NCBI GenBank assembly: GCA_965203445.1
Contig: OZ241883.1
Location: 1,504,001-1,568,000 of the forward strand
Direction of reading: 5' to 3'
DNA: 64,000 nucleotides
Source of the DNA: Candidatus Oxydemutator sp.
GTDB lineage: Bacteria; Pseudomonadota; Gammaproteobacteria; Poriferisulfidales; Oxydemutatoraceae
In this document: positions 38,127 through 50,347 of the stretch, one piece after another
Numbering within the stretch: position 1 is the first letter of the stretch
Layout: each line of letters begins with the position of its first letter
Notes under the pieces: generated by a model
The model's database searches: none
The model's input: the letters and a program-made list of their open reading frames with translations, nothing else
Told to the model about the DNA's origin: nothing
Made by a program: the position numbers and the translations under genes

Positions 38127-39836
38127 ATGAGCGGGTTTTTCTCAAAGGAAAGCATCATCGCGCCGCCCGGCTTCAACCGCTGGCGCGTGCCTCCGGCCTC
38201 GATCGGGATCCACCTGTGCATCGGTTCGGTCTATGCGTGGAGCATCTACAACCCGGCGCTGACGAAGGTCCTGGGCGTCGTCTCCTCGAGCGCCGACGAT
38301 TGGACTCTGGGCGAGGTCGTCTGGATCTTCACGGTCTCGATTCTGTTTCTCGGGCTGGCCGCGGCGTTCGCCGGCAAATGGCTCGAGGAAGTCGGGCCGC
38401 GCACCGTCGGCATCGTCGCCGCCAGTTGCTGGGGCGGCGGCTACCTGGTCGGCAGCCTCGGCATCATGACGCACCAGTTGTGGCTGGTCTATCTCGGTTA
38501 CGGCGTCATCGGCGGCTGCGGCCTGGGGCTGGGCTACGTGTCGCCGGTAAGCACGCTGATCCGCTGGTTCCCCGACCGCCGCGGCATGGCCACCGGCATG
38601 GCCATCATGGGTTTCGGCGGCGGCGCGATGTTGGCCACGCCGCTGAAGGAATATCTGCTGCAAACGTTCTACCGCGCGCCCGAATACATGGGGGCGGTCG
38701 CCGACGTCGAACTGGTCACCGAGGCCGGGCGGCGCTTCGTCGACATCGGCGGCCAGCTGAAGGAGGTCGTCGTCGTCGGCGCCGGCGAGGTCGCCGACAT
38801 GATCGTGCCCGGCGATCCCGGCGTGTATCTGGTCGGCACCGGTTCGGTCGGCGCCGGCGCCACCTTTTTCGTCATCGGTCTGATTTATTTCGTGGTCATG
38901 ATGGTGGCCGCGTTCAGCTACCGCCTGCCCGCGCCCGGCTGGAAACCCGCAGGCTGGACGCCGCCCTCGGCCGAGGTCGCGGCCAAAAAAATGATGACCC
39001 GGGAAAACGTCGACATCGATCAGGCGCTGAAGACGCCGCAGTTCTACCAGTTGTGGATCGTCCTGTGCTTCAACGTCACCGCGGGCATCGGCGTCATCGG
39101 CGTCGCCAAGACGATGATGGTCGAGATTTTCGGCACCACGCTGCCCGGTATCGTGGACGGCGTTTTCGCCGCCACCTACGTGCTGATGATCAGCGTGTTC
39201 AACATGATCGGGCGCGTGTTGTGGGCCGGTTCGTCCGACTTCATCGGGCGCAAGAACACCTACTGGATCTTTTTCGTCGGCGGCATCCTGCTCTATCTGT
39301 CGGTGCCGTTCACCGCGCAGCAGGTGAGCGTCAACCCGGCGGTGTTCTGGCTGGTGTTTTTCTACGCCGCGACGATGATCATCTTCACGTTTTACGGCGG
39401 TGGTTTTGCGACGATACCGGCCTACCTTGCCGACGTCTTCGGCACCCACCACGTCGGCGGCATCCACGGGCGGCTTTTGACCGCGTGGAGCGTCGCCGGT
39501 ATTCTCGGGCCGCTTGCGATCACGACGCTGCGCCGGCATTCGCTCGGCGACGCGATCCGCGAGGTCGCGGCCACGGTCGACCCCGGGCGCTTTGCCGAGA
39601 CCTTCGGCGCCGGGCTCGGGCAACTCGACCTGCTGATGGAGAAAAAGACCGTAACCCTCGCCAAATTGCTCGAAATCGCGCCACCGGGTACAATAGACCC
39701 GACACCGAGTCTGTACAACAGCACGATGTATTTGATGGCGTTCCTGCTGCTTCTGGCGCTGATCTCGAACGCGCTGATGAAGCCGGTTCACGCCAGCCAT
39801 CACATGACAAGACAACGACAACGGGAGCAATCCTGA
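38127..39836 (+). CDS. OFA-family (oxalate/formate or monocarboxylate) MFS transporter
   Basis: IG.VYAWS, YGVIGGCGLGLGYVSPVSTLIRWFPDRRG, YGGGFATIPAYLAD.FG. Confidence 0.88.
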   Translation: MSGFFSKESIIAPPGFNRWRVPPASIGIHLCIGSVYAWSIYNPALTKVLGVVSSSADDWTLGEVVWIFTVSILFLGLAAAFAGKWLEEVGPRTVGIVAASCWGGGYLVGSLGIMTHQLWLVYLGYGVIGGCGLGLGYVSPVSTLIRWFPDRRGMATGMAIMGFGGGAMLATPLKEYLLQTFYRAPEYMGAVADVELVTEAGRRFVDIGGQLKEVVVVGAGEVADMIVPGDPGVYLVGTGSVGAGATFFVIGLIYFVVMMVAAFSYRLPAPGWKPAGWTPPSAEVAAKKMMTRENVDIDQALKTPQFYQLWIVLCFNVTAGIGVIGVAKTMMVEIFGTTLPGIVDGVFAATYVLMISVFNMIGRVLWAGSSDFIGRKNTYWIFFVGGILLYLSVPFTAQQVSVNPAVFWLVFFYAATMIIFTFYGGGFATIPAYLADVFGTHHVGGIHGRLLTAWSVAGILGPLAITTLRRHSLGDAIREVAATVDPGRFAETFGAGLGQLDLLMEKKTVTLAKLLEIAPPGTIDPTPSLYNSTMYLMAFLLLLALISNALMKPVHASHHMTRQRQREQS

Positions 39837-39863
39837 CGCAACAACCATAAGGAGGAGAACCAT

Positions 39864-41375
39864 ATGAGTGCGACAGCCGAAGCTATTACCATGGAAAGAT
39901 TCACGCACCGCTTCTTAAGCGAGCCCAAAAAGATGCTGATCGGCGGCCGTTGGACGCCGGCGGCGTCGGGCAAGACTTTCGAGGTGGTCAACCCGGCCAC
40001 CGAGGAGGTGGTGGGCCACGTCGCCGAGGGCGAGGCCGAGGACATAGACCGCGCCGTGGCCGCGGCCAGGAAGGCGTTCGAATCCGGCGCGTGGCCGCGG
40101 ATGACGCCGTCGGCGCGCGGGCGCCTGGTGTCGCGCATCGGCGATTTGATCCTCGATAATCTCGACGAGTTCGCCGAGCTGGAGGCGCTCGACAACGGCA
40201 AGCCGATTACCGTCGCGCGCGTCGCCGACGTGCCGCTGGCGGCGGACATGTTCCACTACATGTCGGGCTGGACGACGAAGATGCACGGCCAGACGATACC
40301 GCTGTCGGTGCTCTACACGCCGGGCGTCCGCTACCATTCGTACACGACCCCGGAACCGGTCGGCGTCGTCGGCCAGATCATCCCGTGGAACTTCCCGCTG
40401 CTGATGGCGGCGTGGAAGCTGGCGCCGGCGCTTGCGACCGGGTGCACCGTGGTGCTCAAGGTCGCCGAGGAGACGCCGTTGTCGGCGCTGCGCTTGGGCG
40501 AGATCCTGCAGGAGGCGGGCCTGCCCGACGGCGTCGTCAACGTCGTCACCGGTTTCGGCGAGACCGCGGGGGCCGCGTTGGCGGCGCATCCCGGGGTGGA
40601 CAAGGTCGCCTTCACCGGTTCGACCGAGGTCGGGCGCCTGATCGTAAAGGCCGCGGCCAACGATCTGAAGAAGGTGTCGCTTGAGCTGGGCGGCAAGTCG
40701 CCGAACATCGTGCTCGAAGACGCCGATCTCGAGGTCGCCGTCCCGGGCGCGGCCAACGCGATCTTCTTCAACCACGGCCAATGTTGCTGCGCCGGTTCGC
40801 GTCTCTACGCCGCCGAGGGCATCTTCGACAAGGTCGTCGAGGGGGTGTCGGAGGCGGCGTCCAAGATCAAGCTGGGGCCGGGTCTCGATCCCGACACCGA
40901 GATGGGGCCGATGGTGTCCAAGATACAGCACGAGCGCGTCTCGGGTTATCTCGACTCGGGCTTCAGCGAAGGCGCGCACGCCGCCGTCGGCGGGCGCAAG
41001 AAAGAGGGCGCCGGCTACTTCATCGAGCCGACGGTGCTGGTGGACACGCACCAGGACATGAAGGTCAACCAGGAGGAGATCTTCGGCCCGGTGGTCACGG
41101 CGATGCCGTTCAAGGGTCTGGACGAAGATCTGGTGCGGCGCGCCAACGACACCGTCTATGGTCTGGCCGCCGGCTTGTGGACGCGCGACGTCGGCAAGGC
41201 GCACGCGCTCGCCGCCGAGCTGCGCGCCGGCACGGTGTGGATCAACTGCTACAACATCTTCGACTCGGCGCTGCCGTTCGGCGGCTACAAGCAGTCCGGC
41301 TGGGGCCGCGAGATGGGCGAGGCGGTGCTCGACAACTATACCGAGACCAAGGCCGTTACCATCAACCTTTCCTGA
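39864..41375 (+). CDS. NAD-dependent aldehyde dehydrogenase
   Basis: [46 protein letters not shown]. Confidence 0.96.
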   Translation: MSATAEAITMERFTHRFLSEPKKMLIGGRWTPAASGKTFEVVNPATEEVVGHVAEGEAEDIDRAVAAARKAFESGAWPRMTPSARGRLVSRIGDLILDNLDEFAELEALDNGKPITVARVADVPLAADMFHYMSGWTTKMHGQTIPLSVLYTPGVRYHSYTTPEPVGVVGQIIPWNFPLLMAAWKLAPALATGCTVVLKVAEETPLSALRLGEILQEAGLPDGVVNVVTGFGETAGAALAAHPGVDKVAFTGSTEVGRLIVKAAANDLKKVSLELGGKSPNIVLEDADLEVAVPGAANAIFFNHGQCCCAGSRLYAAEGIFDKVVEGVSEAASKIKLGPGLDPDTEMGPMVSKIQHERVSGYLDSGFSEGAHAAVGGRKKEGAGYFIEPTVLVDTHQDMKVNQEEIFGPVVTAMPFKGLDEDLVRRANDTVYGLAAGLWTRDVGKAHALAAELRAGTVWINCYNIFDSALPFGGYKQSGWGREMGEAVLDNYTETKAVTINLS

Positions 41376-41388
41376 ACGACGTTCCAAC

Positions 41389-41423
41389 AAAGCCCCCCGC
41401 GCCGCCACGGCGCGGGGGGCTTT
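41389..41423 (+). terminator. Hairpin terminator after the aldehyde dehydrogenase gene
   Basis: AAAGCCCCCCGCGCCG-CCA-CGGCGCGGGGGGCTTT. Confidence 0.75.
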
Positions 41424-41440
41424 GTCGTCCGCATCTACCG

Positions 41441-43396
<1,956 letters not shown>

Positions 43397-43403
43397 TCTG
43401 GTC

Positions 43404-43485
43404 GGGAACGCCGTGGGGGCGTTCCCTTACTGGTGTATAAGGCCAAAACGGCCCTCACCCCGGCCCTCTCCCCGAGGGAGAGGGG
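43404..43485 (+). repeat. Full-length REP-like composite element
   Basis: Hairpin 1, then TTACTGGTGTATAAGGCC...CCCTCACCCC, then CCCTCTCCCCGAGGGAGAGGG. Confidence 0.88.
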
Positions 43486-43517
43486 TTATTATCGTCAGAG
43501 TGTATAATTGTGGGATT

Positions 43518-43943
43518 ATGAATTTCCGTACCAAAGTTTTTGCTGCATCGCTGGCGTTGTCCGGCGCCGCAGTCGGCCCGGCGTTTGCCGGCGACGCCGA
43601 AGCGCTTGCCGGCGACGTCGAGGCCGGCAAAAAAGTCTTCATCAAGTGCCAGGTGTGCCACTCGCTGGAGAAGGACGTCCCCAAGGTCGGCCCCAGTCTC
43701 TACGGCGTGTTCGGGCGCAAGGCCGGAACGCTTGCCAGCTACCCGCTGTACACCGACGCGATGAAGGAGTCCGGCGTGGTCTGGAACGAGGACACCATCC
43801 GCGAGCTGGTCCAGGCGCCGCGCACGTTCATCAAAGGCACGCGCATGATTTTTTTAGGCCTGAAAGACGAAAAGGAAATCGCCGACATGCTGGCTTACCT
43901 GAAGTCCGCCACGCCGCCCGCCGAACCGCCACCGGCGCAGTAG
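43518..43943 (+). CDS. Cytochrome c2-like monoheme cytochrome
   Basis: GKKVF.KCQVCH, VGPSLYGV.GR.AG, GTRM; signal peptide. Confidence 0.92.
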   Translation: MNFRTKVFAASLALSGAAVGPAFAGDAEALAGDVEAGKKVFIKCQVCHSLEKDVPKVGPSLYGVFGRKAGTLASYPLYTDAMKESGVVWNEDTIRELVQAPRTFIKGTRMIFLGLKDEKEIADMLAYLKSATPPAEPPPAQ

Positions 43944-43961
43944 CGCCGCCGGCGTATCCGT

Positions 43962-44810
43962 CTACCCTCGCCTGCGGCGCGTCCCGAGCAGCCCGCGCGA
44001 CGGATCGTAGCCGTAGATCGCAAGCGCGATGAACAGCGCGGCCGTCGCCGTGACCACGACGAAGGCCTCGGCGCTGAACTCGGCGTAGAGGGAAAAGCGG
44101 ATCAACTCGACCGCGTGCGTGAACGGGTTGTACTGGCACACGTGGTAGAGCGCCACGCTCGACTCGCGGATGCGCCACAGCGGGTAGAGCGCCGACGACG
44201 TGAAGAACATCGGGAAGATGACGAAGTTCATGATGCCCGCGAAGTTTTCCAGCTGCTTGATGACCGACGACAGAAACAGTCCGAGCGAACCCAACATCAG
44301 CCCGGTCAAAAACAGCGCCGGCAGCAGCGCGACGTAGCCGGCCGGCGGCGGGCGCACGTCCCAGAACCACGCCACCAGCAGAAACACGTAGACTTGCAGC
44401 ACCGAGATCGAGGCGCCCGCAAACAGTTTGCTGAGCAGCAGATACCAGCGCGGCGCCGGACTCGTGAGCAGGATTCTCATGCTGCCCATCTCGCGGTCAT
44501 AGACCATGGACAGCGAAGTCTGCATGCCGCTGAACAACTGGATCATGCCGATCAGCCCGGGCGTGATGTATTCCTCGTAGAGCACGTAGGTCTGGTACGG
44601 CGGGGTGATCGAGACGCCGAGCACCGAGCGGAAACCGGCGGCGAAGATGAACAGCCACACCAGCGGGCGCACCAGCGCCGCGACGAAGCGCTCGCGCTGC
44701 TGGAGGAAACGCAGCAGCTCGCGCTGCATGATCCCCGCCGTGAAGTGGAAGAACGCGGCGGCCCCGTTGCGATGGCGCCCGCCGCGGCGTTCGGCGCCGC
44801 TCGTCGCCAC
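43962..44810 (-). CDS. PQQ-ADH-associated ABC permease (PedC/LutF-like)
   Basis: LVRPLVWLFIFAAGF, PPYQTY, SMVYDREMGSMR, QLENFAG.MNFVIFP. Confidence 0.9.
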   Translation of the reverse strand: MATSGAERRGGRHRNGAAAFFHFTAGIMQRELLRFLQQRERFVAALVRPLVWLFIFAAGFRSVLGVSITPPYQTYVLYEEYITPGLIGMIQLFSGMQTSLSMVYDREMGSMRILLTSPAPRWYLLLSKLFAGASISVLQVYVFLLVAWFWDVRPPPAGYVALLPALFLTGLMLGSLGLFLSSVIKQLENFAGIMNFVIFPMFFTSSALYPLWRIRESSVALYHVCQYNPFTHAVELIRFSLYAEFSAEAFVVVTATAALFIALAIYGYDPSRGLLGTRRRRG

Positions 44811-44811
44811 G

Positions 44812-45534
44812 CTACAGCAGCTGCGCCAGTTTGCGCCGCATCGGCGCCGCGTCGTCGTCGCCGGCGACGGCGCCGGCCCTGCCGGCCTTCGTCAGGCGCC
44901 CGCTTTTGAGCACCAGCAGCGCGTCGTCGGGGCCTACTTCGTCGAGCAGGTGCGTCGTCCACAACGCCGACAGGCCACGCGCGCACAAGCCGCGCACGTG
45001 CTCGATGAGCGCGCCGCGCCCGCCCACGTCGAGGCCGAACGTCGGTTCGTCCAGGATCAGCAGTTCGGGATGGTGCATCAGCGCGCGCGCAATCTCGACG
45101 CGCCGCGCCTGGCCGCCGCTCAGGTTGCGTATCTTGTCGTCCATGCGTTCGCGCACGCCGAGACGCTCGGTTTCCTCCATCGCGCGCGCGCGCGCCGTGC
45201 GCGCCGACATTCCGTAGAGATTCGCCGAGTAGCGCAGGTTCTGCCACACGCTCAGGTCCTGGTCGAGCGAGCGTTGTTGGAATACGACGCCCAGGCACCG
45301 CAGCGCGCGCGCGGGTCTTCTTCTCAGGTCGTGGCCGCAGATGGAGACGCGCCCGGCGTGGCTATGGTAGAGGCCGGTCAGCAGCGAGAACAGCGTCGTC
45401 TTGCCGGCGCCGTTGTTGCCGAGCAGCACCGCGAACGTGCCGCGCGCGACCGTGAAGTCCACCGAGTCGAGTGCGCGGAACTTGCCGTAGCGGTGGCCTA
45501 AGCCGGCGACCGCCAGGGCCGCTTCGTCAGCCAT
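44812..45534 (-). CDS. PQQ-ADH-associated ABC ATPase (PedB/LutE-like)
   Basis: GNNGAGKTTLF, VFQQRSLD, LSGGQARRVEIARA, LWTTH. Confidence 0.9.
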   Translation of the reverse strand: MADEAALAVAGLGHRYGKFRALDSVDFTVARGTFAVLLGNNGAGKTTLFSLLTGLYHSHAGRVSICGHDLRRRPARALRCLGVVFQQRSLDQDLSVWQNLRYSANLYGMSARTARARAMEETERLGVRERMDDKIRNLSGGQARRVEIARALMHHPELLILDEPTFGLDVGGRGALIEHVRGLCARGLSALWTTHLLDEVGPDDALLVLKSGRLTKAGRAGAVAGDDDAAPMRRKLAQLL

Positions 45535-46516
45535 CGGCGCGCGCCACGACGCCCCACGGATAGCGCCCTACCGCCACCGACTTGATGACGCGCAGATTGT
45601 CGGCGTCTATGACCGAGACGTCGTTGCTGACGCCGTTGGTCGTGTACAGCCTCTTCTGGTCCGGGGAGAACGCCAGCTGCCACGTGCGGGCGCCGACCAG
45701 CAGGTATTTCTCGACCTCGAAAGTTTTGGCGTTGATGACCGCGACGCGGCTCGCCGGGCCCAGGGCCACGAAGGCGCGCCGGCCGTCGCCGCTCAGGCGC
45801 ACGCCGACCGGCTGTATGGATTCGGCCTTGACCCCGGGCAGCGCGAACGAGATTGTTTTCGCGACCTTGCGCGTGTGCGTCTCGATCACGCTGACGGTGC
45901 CTCCGACCTCGGCGGTGACCCACACGTGTGCGCCGTCGCGGGTGAACTCGGCGAAACGCGGACGGCTGCCCACCAGCACGTTGTCGAACACCTCGAGCGT
46001 CAGCGTGTTGATGAAGTGCGCCATGTTGGTCGTCTCCGACGTGTTCACCAGGGTCTTGCCGTCGGGGCTGACGGCCATGCCCTCCGGTTCGACGCCGACC
46101 GGAATCTCCTTGACGATGCGCTTGCGCGCGACGTCTATCACCGAGATCATGTTGTCGTCCTCGTTGGCGACGTAGATGATCGAACCGTCCGGCGACAGCG
46201 TCATCAGCTCGGGATCGGGGCCCGACGGCAGCAGGCCCGTGATCCTGCCGCTCTCCAGGTCGAGCACCTGGATCTGGTCGTCGTCGCTGGCGCAGATGTA
46301 GAGCAGCTTGTGGTCCTTGCTGAGGGCGATGCCGCGCGGGCGTTGTCCGACCTTGATCAAGTCCACCGTCTCGAGCGTGTCGCCGTCTATGACGCTGATG
46401 GTGTTGTCCTTCTCGTTCGACACGTACACCGTGTGCGCGGCCGGCGCCGGCACCGCCGCGATCAGTGCCGCGCCGAGCGCGACGCGCAATAGTTTGTCGC
46501 CGTTTCCGATCTTCAC
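45527..46516 (-). CDS. PQQ-catabolism-associated YVTN beta-propeller (PedA2/LutB-like)
   Basis: YVSNEKDN, GQRPRG, LPSGPDPE, ANEDD, GVEPEG, TSETT, YTTNGVSND. Confidence 0.9.
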   Translation of the reverse strand: MKIGNGDKLLRVALGAALIAAVPAPAAHTVYVSNEKDNTISVIDGDTLETVDLIKVGQRPRGIALSKDHKLLYICASDDDQIQVLDLESGRITGLLPSGPDPELMTLSPDGSIIYVANEDDNMISVIDVARKRIVKEIPVGVEPEGMAVSPDGKTLVNTSETTNMAHFINTLTLEVFDNVLVGSRPRFAEFTRDGAHVWVTAEVGGTVSVIETHTRKVAKTISFALPGVKAESIQPVGVRLSGDGRRAFVALGPASRVAVINAKTFEVEKYLLVGARTWQLAFSPDQKRLYTTNGVSNDVSVIDADNLRVIKSVAVGRYPWGVVARADG

Positions 46517-46604
46517 GTTGTCCCCCGTCGTTTGATAATCGGTCGTTTGAAAAGGGAATTATATACATCCTCCCCCGCGCAAGCGGGGGATTATAGGCGT
46601 GCGT

Positions 46605-47792
46605 TTATCTTTCATCGAGTTCGCAGCGCGTTTCCGGGCGGTCGTAGCCCAGCGTGTCGAGCGGCGAGTGCTGATGCAGAAATTGTTGCTGCGGCGACAC
46701 CGATACCAGCGACGTCGGCGACACCAGTAGTAGCGGCTGGCGCAGCTGTAGATTCCATTTGCGAAAGGACATTTTCTGCCCCTTGTAGCCGGCCAGCTCG
46801 AACGCGTCGCCGCGCACGTAGGCCGCGATTTTGCCGTCGTCGGTCGCGCCGGCGCGCGTCACCGCCTCGCCGATGGTGCGCATCGCCGACCACACGCCGT
46901 AGTCTTTCTCCGACATGCGCCGCCCGTAGTTCTTCAGAAAGCGGCTCTGAAGCTGCGCCGCGCCCCATTGCTCGTGGGCGCGGTGCCAGGTCACCGGCGC
47001 CAGCCCCTGGGTGCCGGCCACCGGGCGCGGCTGCCACGTGCGGTAGGCCAGGTATTCGCCGAACTCGCCGACCGCGTCGGCGACGATGAGCACGTCGTAG
47101 TCCGCGTCCTGCGTGAACAGCGGCACCGTCGAGGCCGCGGTGCGCCGTGCGTCGGGTCCGTACTCCCATTGCTTGTCGGCGACGACGTGCCCGCCGAATT
47201 TCTTTGCCGCGCGGCGCACCGCGGCGGCGAAGCCACGGTCGGCGCGACGCCGCCCGACGACCAGGAACCAGCGCCGCCACTTCTTCGCGATCAGGTACTG
47301 CGCCAGCGCGTCGGCGCGCATCGAGTGGCTGGGTACCAGGTGCAGCACGTTGGCGCGACAGTCGCGCGTGCGCAGCGCGTCGTCACCGGAACCGACGTTG
47401 TAGAACCACGATTGCCGCCCGTTCTCCGAATCGGCCAGGGCCAGCAGGTCGGCGGCCGGGACGTCGACGATGAACTGGCGCGTACCGCCCGCGTGCAGCC
47501 CGCGGAACGCCTCCTGCACGTCGTCTTCCTCGTCCAGCACCACGGTCTCGAGTCGGTAGTCGTGGCCGAGAAAGCGCCCGGTGGTGTTGTTGTCTTCGAC
47601 GCCCTGGCGCCCGCCGAGCGCGCCGTCGTCGGCCGGTGGCGGGTCGAGATTCGACAGTTTCGGCAGCTTCTCGACTTCCTTTTTGAGGAACGTGACGCTT
47701 ACCGTGTCGACGCCCGCGGCCATGCCCGCGGCGAGGCACAGCGGTGCCACAAGCCACGGCGCGCGGCGCGTCACGCGGGGCCGCGCCGCCAT
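46605..47792 (-). CDS. PQQ-ADH-associated ABC substrate-binding protein (LutA-like)
   Basis: DNNTTGRFLG, MRADALAQYL..KKW, DAVGEFGEY, RPVAG, HEQWGA.QLQSRF, SPQ..FLH....LDTLG.D.PE..C. Confidence 0.88.
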   Translation of the reverse strand: MAARPRVTRRAPWLVAPLCLAAGMAAGVDTVSVTFLKKEVEKLPKLSNLDPPPADDGALGGRQGVEDNNTTGRFLGHDYRLETVVLDEEDDVQEAFRGLHAGGTRQFIVDVPAADLLALADSENGRQSWFYNVGSGDDALRTRDCRANVLHLVPSHSMRADALAQYLIAKKWRRWFLVVGRRRADRGFAAAVRRAAKKFGGHVVADKQWEYGPDARRTAASTVPLFTQDADYDVLIVADAVGEFGEYLAYRTWQPRPVAGTQGLAPVTWHRAHEQWGAAQLQSRFLKNYGRRMSEKDYGVWSAMRTIGEAVTRAGATDDGKIAAYVRGDAFELAGYKGQKMSFRKWNLQLRQPLLLVSPTSLVSVSPQQQFLHQHSPLDTLGYDRPETRCELDER

Positions 47793-48373
47793 GTTTCCGC
47801 CAGCGGTTTTCTCGGCGACGGCTTTTCACCCGCGGCCAGATCCGCGGCGAGGCGCCCGGGCGGCGCGATTTCGCCGAGCGCAAAGCCGCAGATAACCCGG
47901 TATTTTTCCGCGTCGACGCGGAGCGCCGGACATACCTCATCGCGCTTGATTCCGCCCATGCCGTGGGTGTAAAGGCCAAGACGCCGCGCTTGCAGCGTCA
48001 GCGCCATCCACGCCGCGCCGCAGTCGAACGCCGCGGTCGCGTTCGGCTTGCCGTTGTGTTCGAAGTTTTTGCGCGCGAACACGAAGCCCAGCAGCGACGC
48101 GGTGCGCGCCCACCGCTGGTTGCCTTCGGTCAGCAGGTTCAGAAAAACGTCGAAGTCCGACGCGCCGCTCGAGGTGACGAACAACCACGGCTGATCGTTG
48201 CGGCTCGACGGCGACCAGCGCGCCGCGTCGAAAATCACGCGCAGCGTCTCCTCCGGCAACTCGCGTCTGGTGAACGAGCGCGGCGACCAGCGCCGGTAGA
48301 ACAGCGCGTCGGCGACGGCGTCGCCGACGCGTTCGCCGTAGTCAACCTCATAGGGAGTCGTAAATTTTTTCAT
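47771..48373 (-). CDS. Nitroreductase family protein
   Basis: RRWSPRSF, AARWSPSSRNDQPW, FDCGAAW, HGMGG; 3' end overlaps the LutA-like start. Confidence 0.9.
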   Translation of the reverse strand: MKKFTTPYEVDYGERVGDAVADALFYRRWSPRSFTRRELPEETLRVIFDAARWSPSSRNDQPWLFVTSSGASDFDVFLNLLTEGNQRWARTASLLGFVFARKNFEHNGKPNATAAFDCGAAWMALTLQARRLGLYTHGMGGIKRDEVCPALRVDAEKYRVICGFALGEIAPPGRLAADLAAGEKPSPRKPLAETWRRGPA

Positions 48374-48445
48374 CGGGCGGCTATTATATATGGGCGCGCC
48401 GGCGCCGGTTTGGAGGCGCCCGCTTGTGATAGTATCCGACACGTC

Positions 48446-49216
48446 ATGGAGCGGTCGTTTGATTTCAGCACCGGCGCCGGCGCCGGCGGCGCCTCGTCGT
48501 CGCGCCTGCACGCGCCCGCGCGCGCGCCGTTCCTGCAATGGCTCATTTTCGCCTTCGTGCTCGCGTTCATCACGTGGCTGGCGTGGAAGCACGGGCTGGT
48601 GCAGGAGATTATCCGCACCGACCCGACCAAGCTGTCGGTCGTTATCTCGTTGATCTTTATCGGCGGCACCATCCACTGCGCGTTGCGCAGCGTGTTCCTT
48701 GCGGCGCAGCTCGACGAACTGCGCGAGATCAGCGCGGGCGCGCGGATGCTGGGCTTCGACGGCGCGCGCCTGTCGCTCGCCGGGCGCGTACTCGCGTCGT
48801 CGCCGGTATCCGATTACCTCGCCGGCGTCTTCCGCTGCCGCGAGCACGGCGGCGACGGCGACCGCCGCCAGTGGTCGCGCTTCGACGAGGTGTTCGCCGA
48901 GGAAGTCGCCGGCGCCCACGCCACCGGTTGGTTCTTCGCGCAGCTGCTGGTCAAACTGGGGTTGCTCGGCACCGTCGTCGGCTTCATCCTGATGCTGTCC
49001 TCGATCACCGGCGCGTCGTCGTTCGACCCGGAGCACGCGCACGAGTTGTTCAGCGAGATGACGCGCGGCATGAGGGTCGCGCTCAACACGACGCTGGTCG
49101 GACTGCTCGGCACGATGCTGCTCGGCTTTCAGTACCTGCTGCTCGACCGCGCCGCCGACCGCTTGATCGCCGGCGCCGCGCGTTTCGCCGAGAGCCACTC
49201 GTTCGGCGTTCGGTAG
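48446..49216 (+). CDS. MotA/TolQ/ExbB ion-channel family protein
   Basis: About 4 TM segments with LGLLGTVVGF and GMRVALNTTLVG signature helices. Confidence 0.88.
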   Translation: MERSFDFSTGAGAGGASSSRLHAPARAPFLQWLIFAFVLAFITWLAWKHGLVQEIIRTDPTKLSVVISLIFIGGTIHCALRSVFLAAQLDELREISAGARMLGFDGARLSLAGRVLASSPVSDYLAGVFRCREHGGDGDRRQWSRFDEVFAEEVAGAHATGWFFAQLLVKLGLLGTVVGFILMLSSITGASSFDPEHAHELFSEMTRGMRVALNTTLVGLLGTMLLGFQYLLLDRAADRLIAGAARFAESHSFGVR

Positions 49217-49220
49217 CGAC

Positions 49221-49835
49221 GTGGCGCTCAGACGAAAAACGAGGGCCGACGCGATAGACCCTTTCACCGACCTGCTGTTCAACGTGCTGCTGATCTTTAC
49301 GTTCCTGTTCCTGATCGCGATCGTGTTCATGAACCCGCCGGCCAAGACCGGCGCGGTTGATCTCAAGGCCGAGTACATCGTAACCGTCCAGTGGCCCGAC
49401 CACAGCCCCGACGACGTGGATACCTGGGTGCGCGATCCCGACGGCAGGATCATCTGGTTCCGCAACACCGAGGACGGTTTCATGCACCTGGATCGCGACG
49501 ACCGCGGCGCCTCGAACGACACCATCCGCGTCGACGGCGAGGACGTCGTCAACCCGCTGAACCAGGAGGTCATCACGATACGCCGCCTGGTGCCCGGCGA
49601 GTACACCGTCAACCTGCACTACTACAAGTCGCTGTCGAACCAGCCGGTCACGGCCGAGGTCAGCGTGGCGCGCGTCAACCCGTCGCTCGAGGTCGTGTTC
49701 TACGGCAAGGTGGCGCTCGAGAAAGCGGGCGTCGAGCGCACCGCGGTGCGCTTTCGCGTCGCCAGAGACGGCGACGTAACCGACGTCAACACGCTGCCGA
49801 TGGCGCTCGTCAGCGTCGCGGCCGAGGAGCAATGA
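49221..49835 (+). CDS. Single-pass partner with ExbD/TolR-like Asp helix and a YfaP/DUF2135-like periplasmic domain
   Basis: DPFTDLLFNVLLIF TM helix; DDVDTWVRDPDG, LDRDD, NQEVITIR...GEYTVNLHYY. Confidence 0.75.
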   Translation: MALRRKTRADAIDPFTDLLFNVLLIFTFLFLIAIVFMNPPAKTGAVDLKAEYIVTVQWPDHSPDDVDTWVRDPDGRIIWFRNTEDGFMHLDRDDRGASNDTIRVDGEDVVNPLNQEVITIRRLVPGEYTVNLHYYKSLSNQPVTAEVSVARVNPSLEVVFYGKVALEKAGVERTAVRFRVARDGDVTDVNTLPMALVSVAAEEQ

Positions 49836-50347
49836 GCGCCGGCGTCGTCGGTATCACCGTGGCCTACGTGGCCCTTGCGGTGCTGTTGCTGAGCTTGAAC
49901 GTCTATTCGCGCTGGCCGGCGTGGGTCAAGATCGGCGCGGTGGCGTTGACCGGCGCCTTGTATTACGTAACCTACCTGTCGTTCGGTTCCTTTCTCGGCT
50001 GGCCGGCGCACGCCCAGCTGCCGCAGAAGTTCATGATGCTGGCCGGCAGCATAGACGAACCGAACGAGCAGACCGGCGAGCGCGGCGCCATCTACATCTG
50101 GGCCGTGTCGCTGGAGCGCGACCGCCTGGCCGACGCCCCGCGCGCCTACCGCGCGGCGTATTCGCGGCAGTTGCACGAGCAGGTCGGCGCCGCCAAAAAA
50201 CAGTTGCGCAACGGCATCGTGCAGGTCGGCGAGGTCGAGGAGGTCTCGGCGAAGCGCGCGCGCGGCTTGGCCGGCCTGTGGGCCGACGATAACGTGTCGC
50301 GCATCGTGATATACGACCTGCCCGATCCCGAGCTGCCCGACAAATGA
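49832..50347 (+). CDS. Hypothetical two-TM membrane protein
   Basis: Two hydrophobic helices, GWP, EP, IYIW, PRAY, C-terminal LPDPELPDK; ATGA coupling on both sides. Confidence 0.75.
   Translation: MSAGVVGITVAYVALAVLLLSLNVYSRWPAWVKIGAVALTGALYYVTYLSFGSFLGWPAHAQLPQKFMMLAGSIDEPNEQTGERGAIYIWAVSLERDRLADAPRAYRAAYSRQLHEQVGAAKKQLRNGIVQVGEVEEVSAKRARGLAGLWADDNVSRIVIYDLPDPELPDK

Noticed and set aside
48446-50347. Zorya ZorAB, flagellar MotAB or canonical ExbBD/TolQR
   Set aside because: The partner lacks an OmpA-like peptidoglycan-binding domain and an ExbD-type domain; there is no long ZorA tail and no zorC/D/E, tonB, tolA/B/pal or flagellar genes
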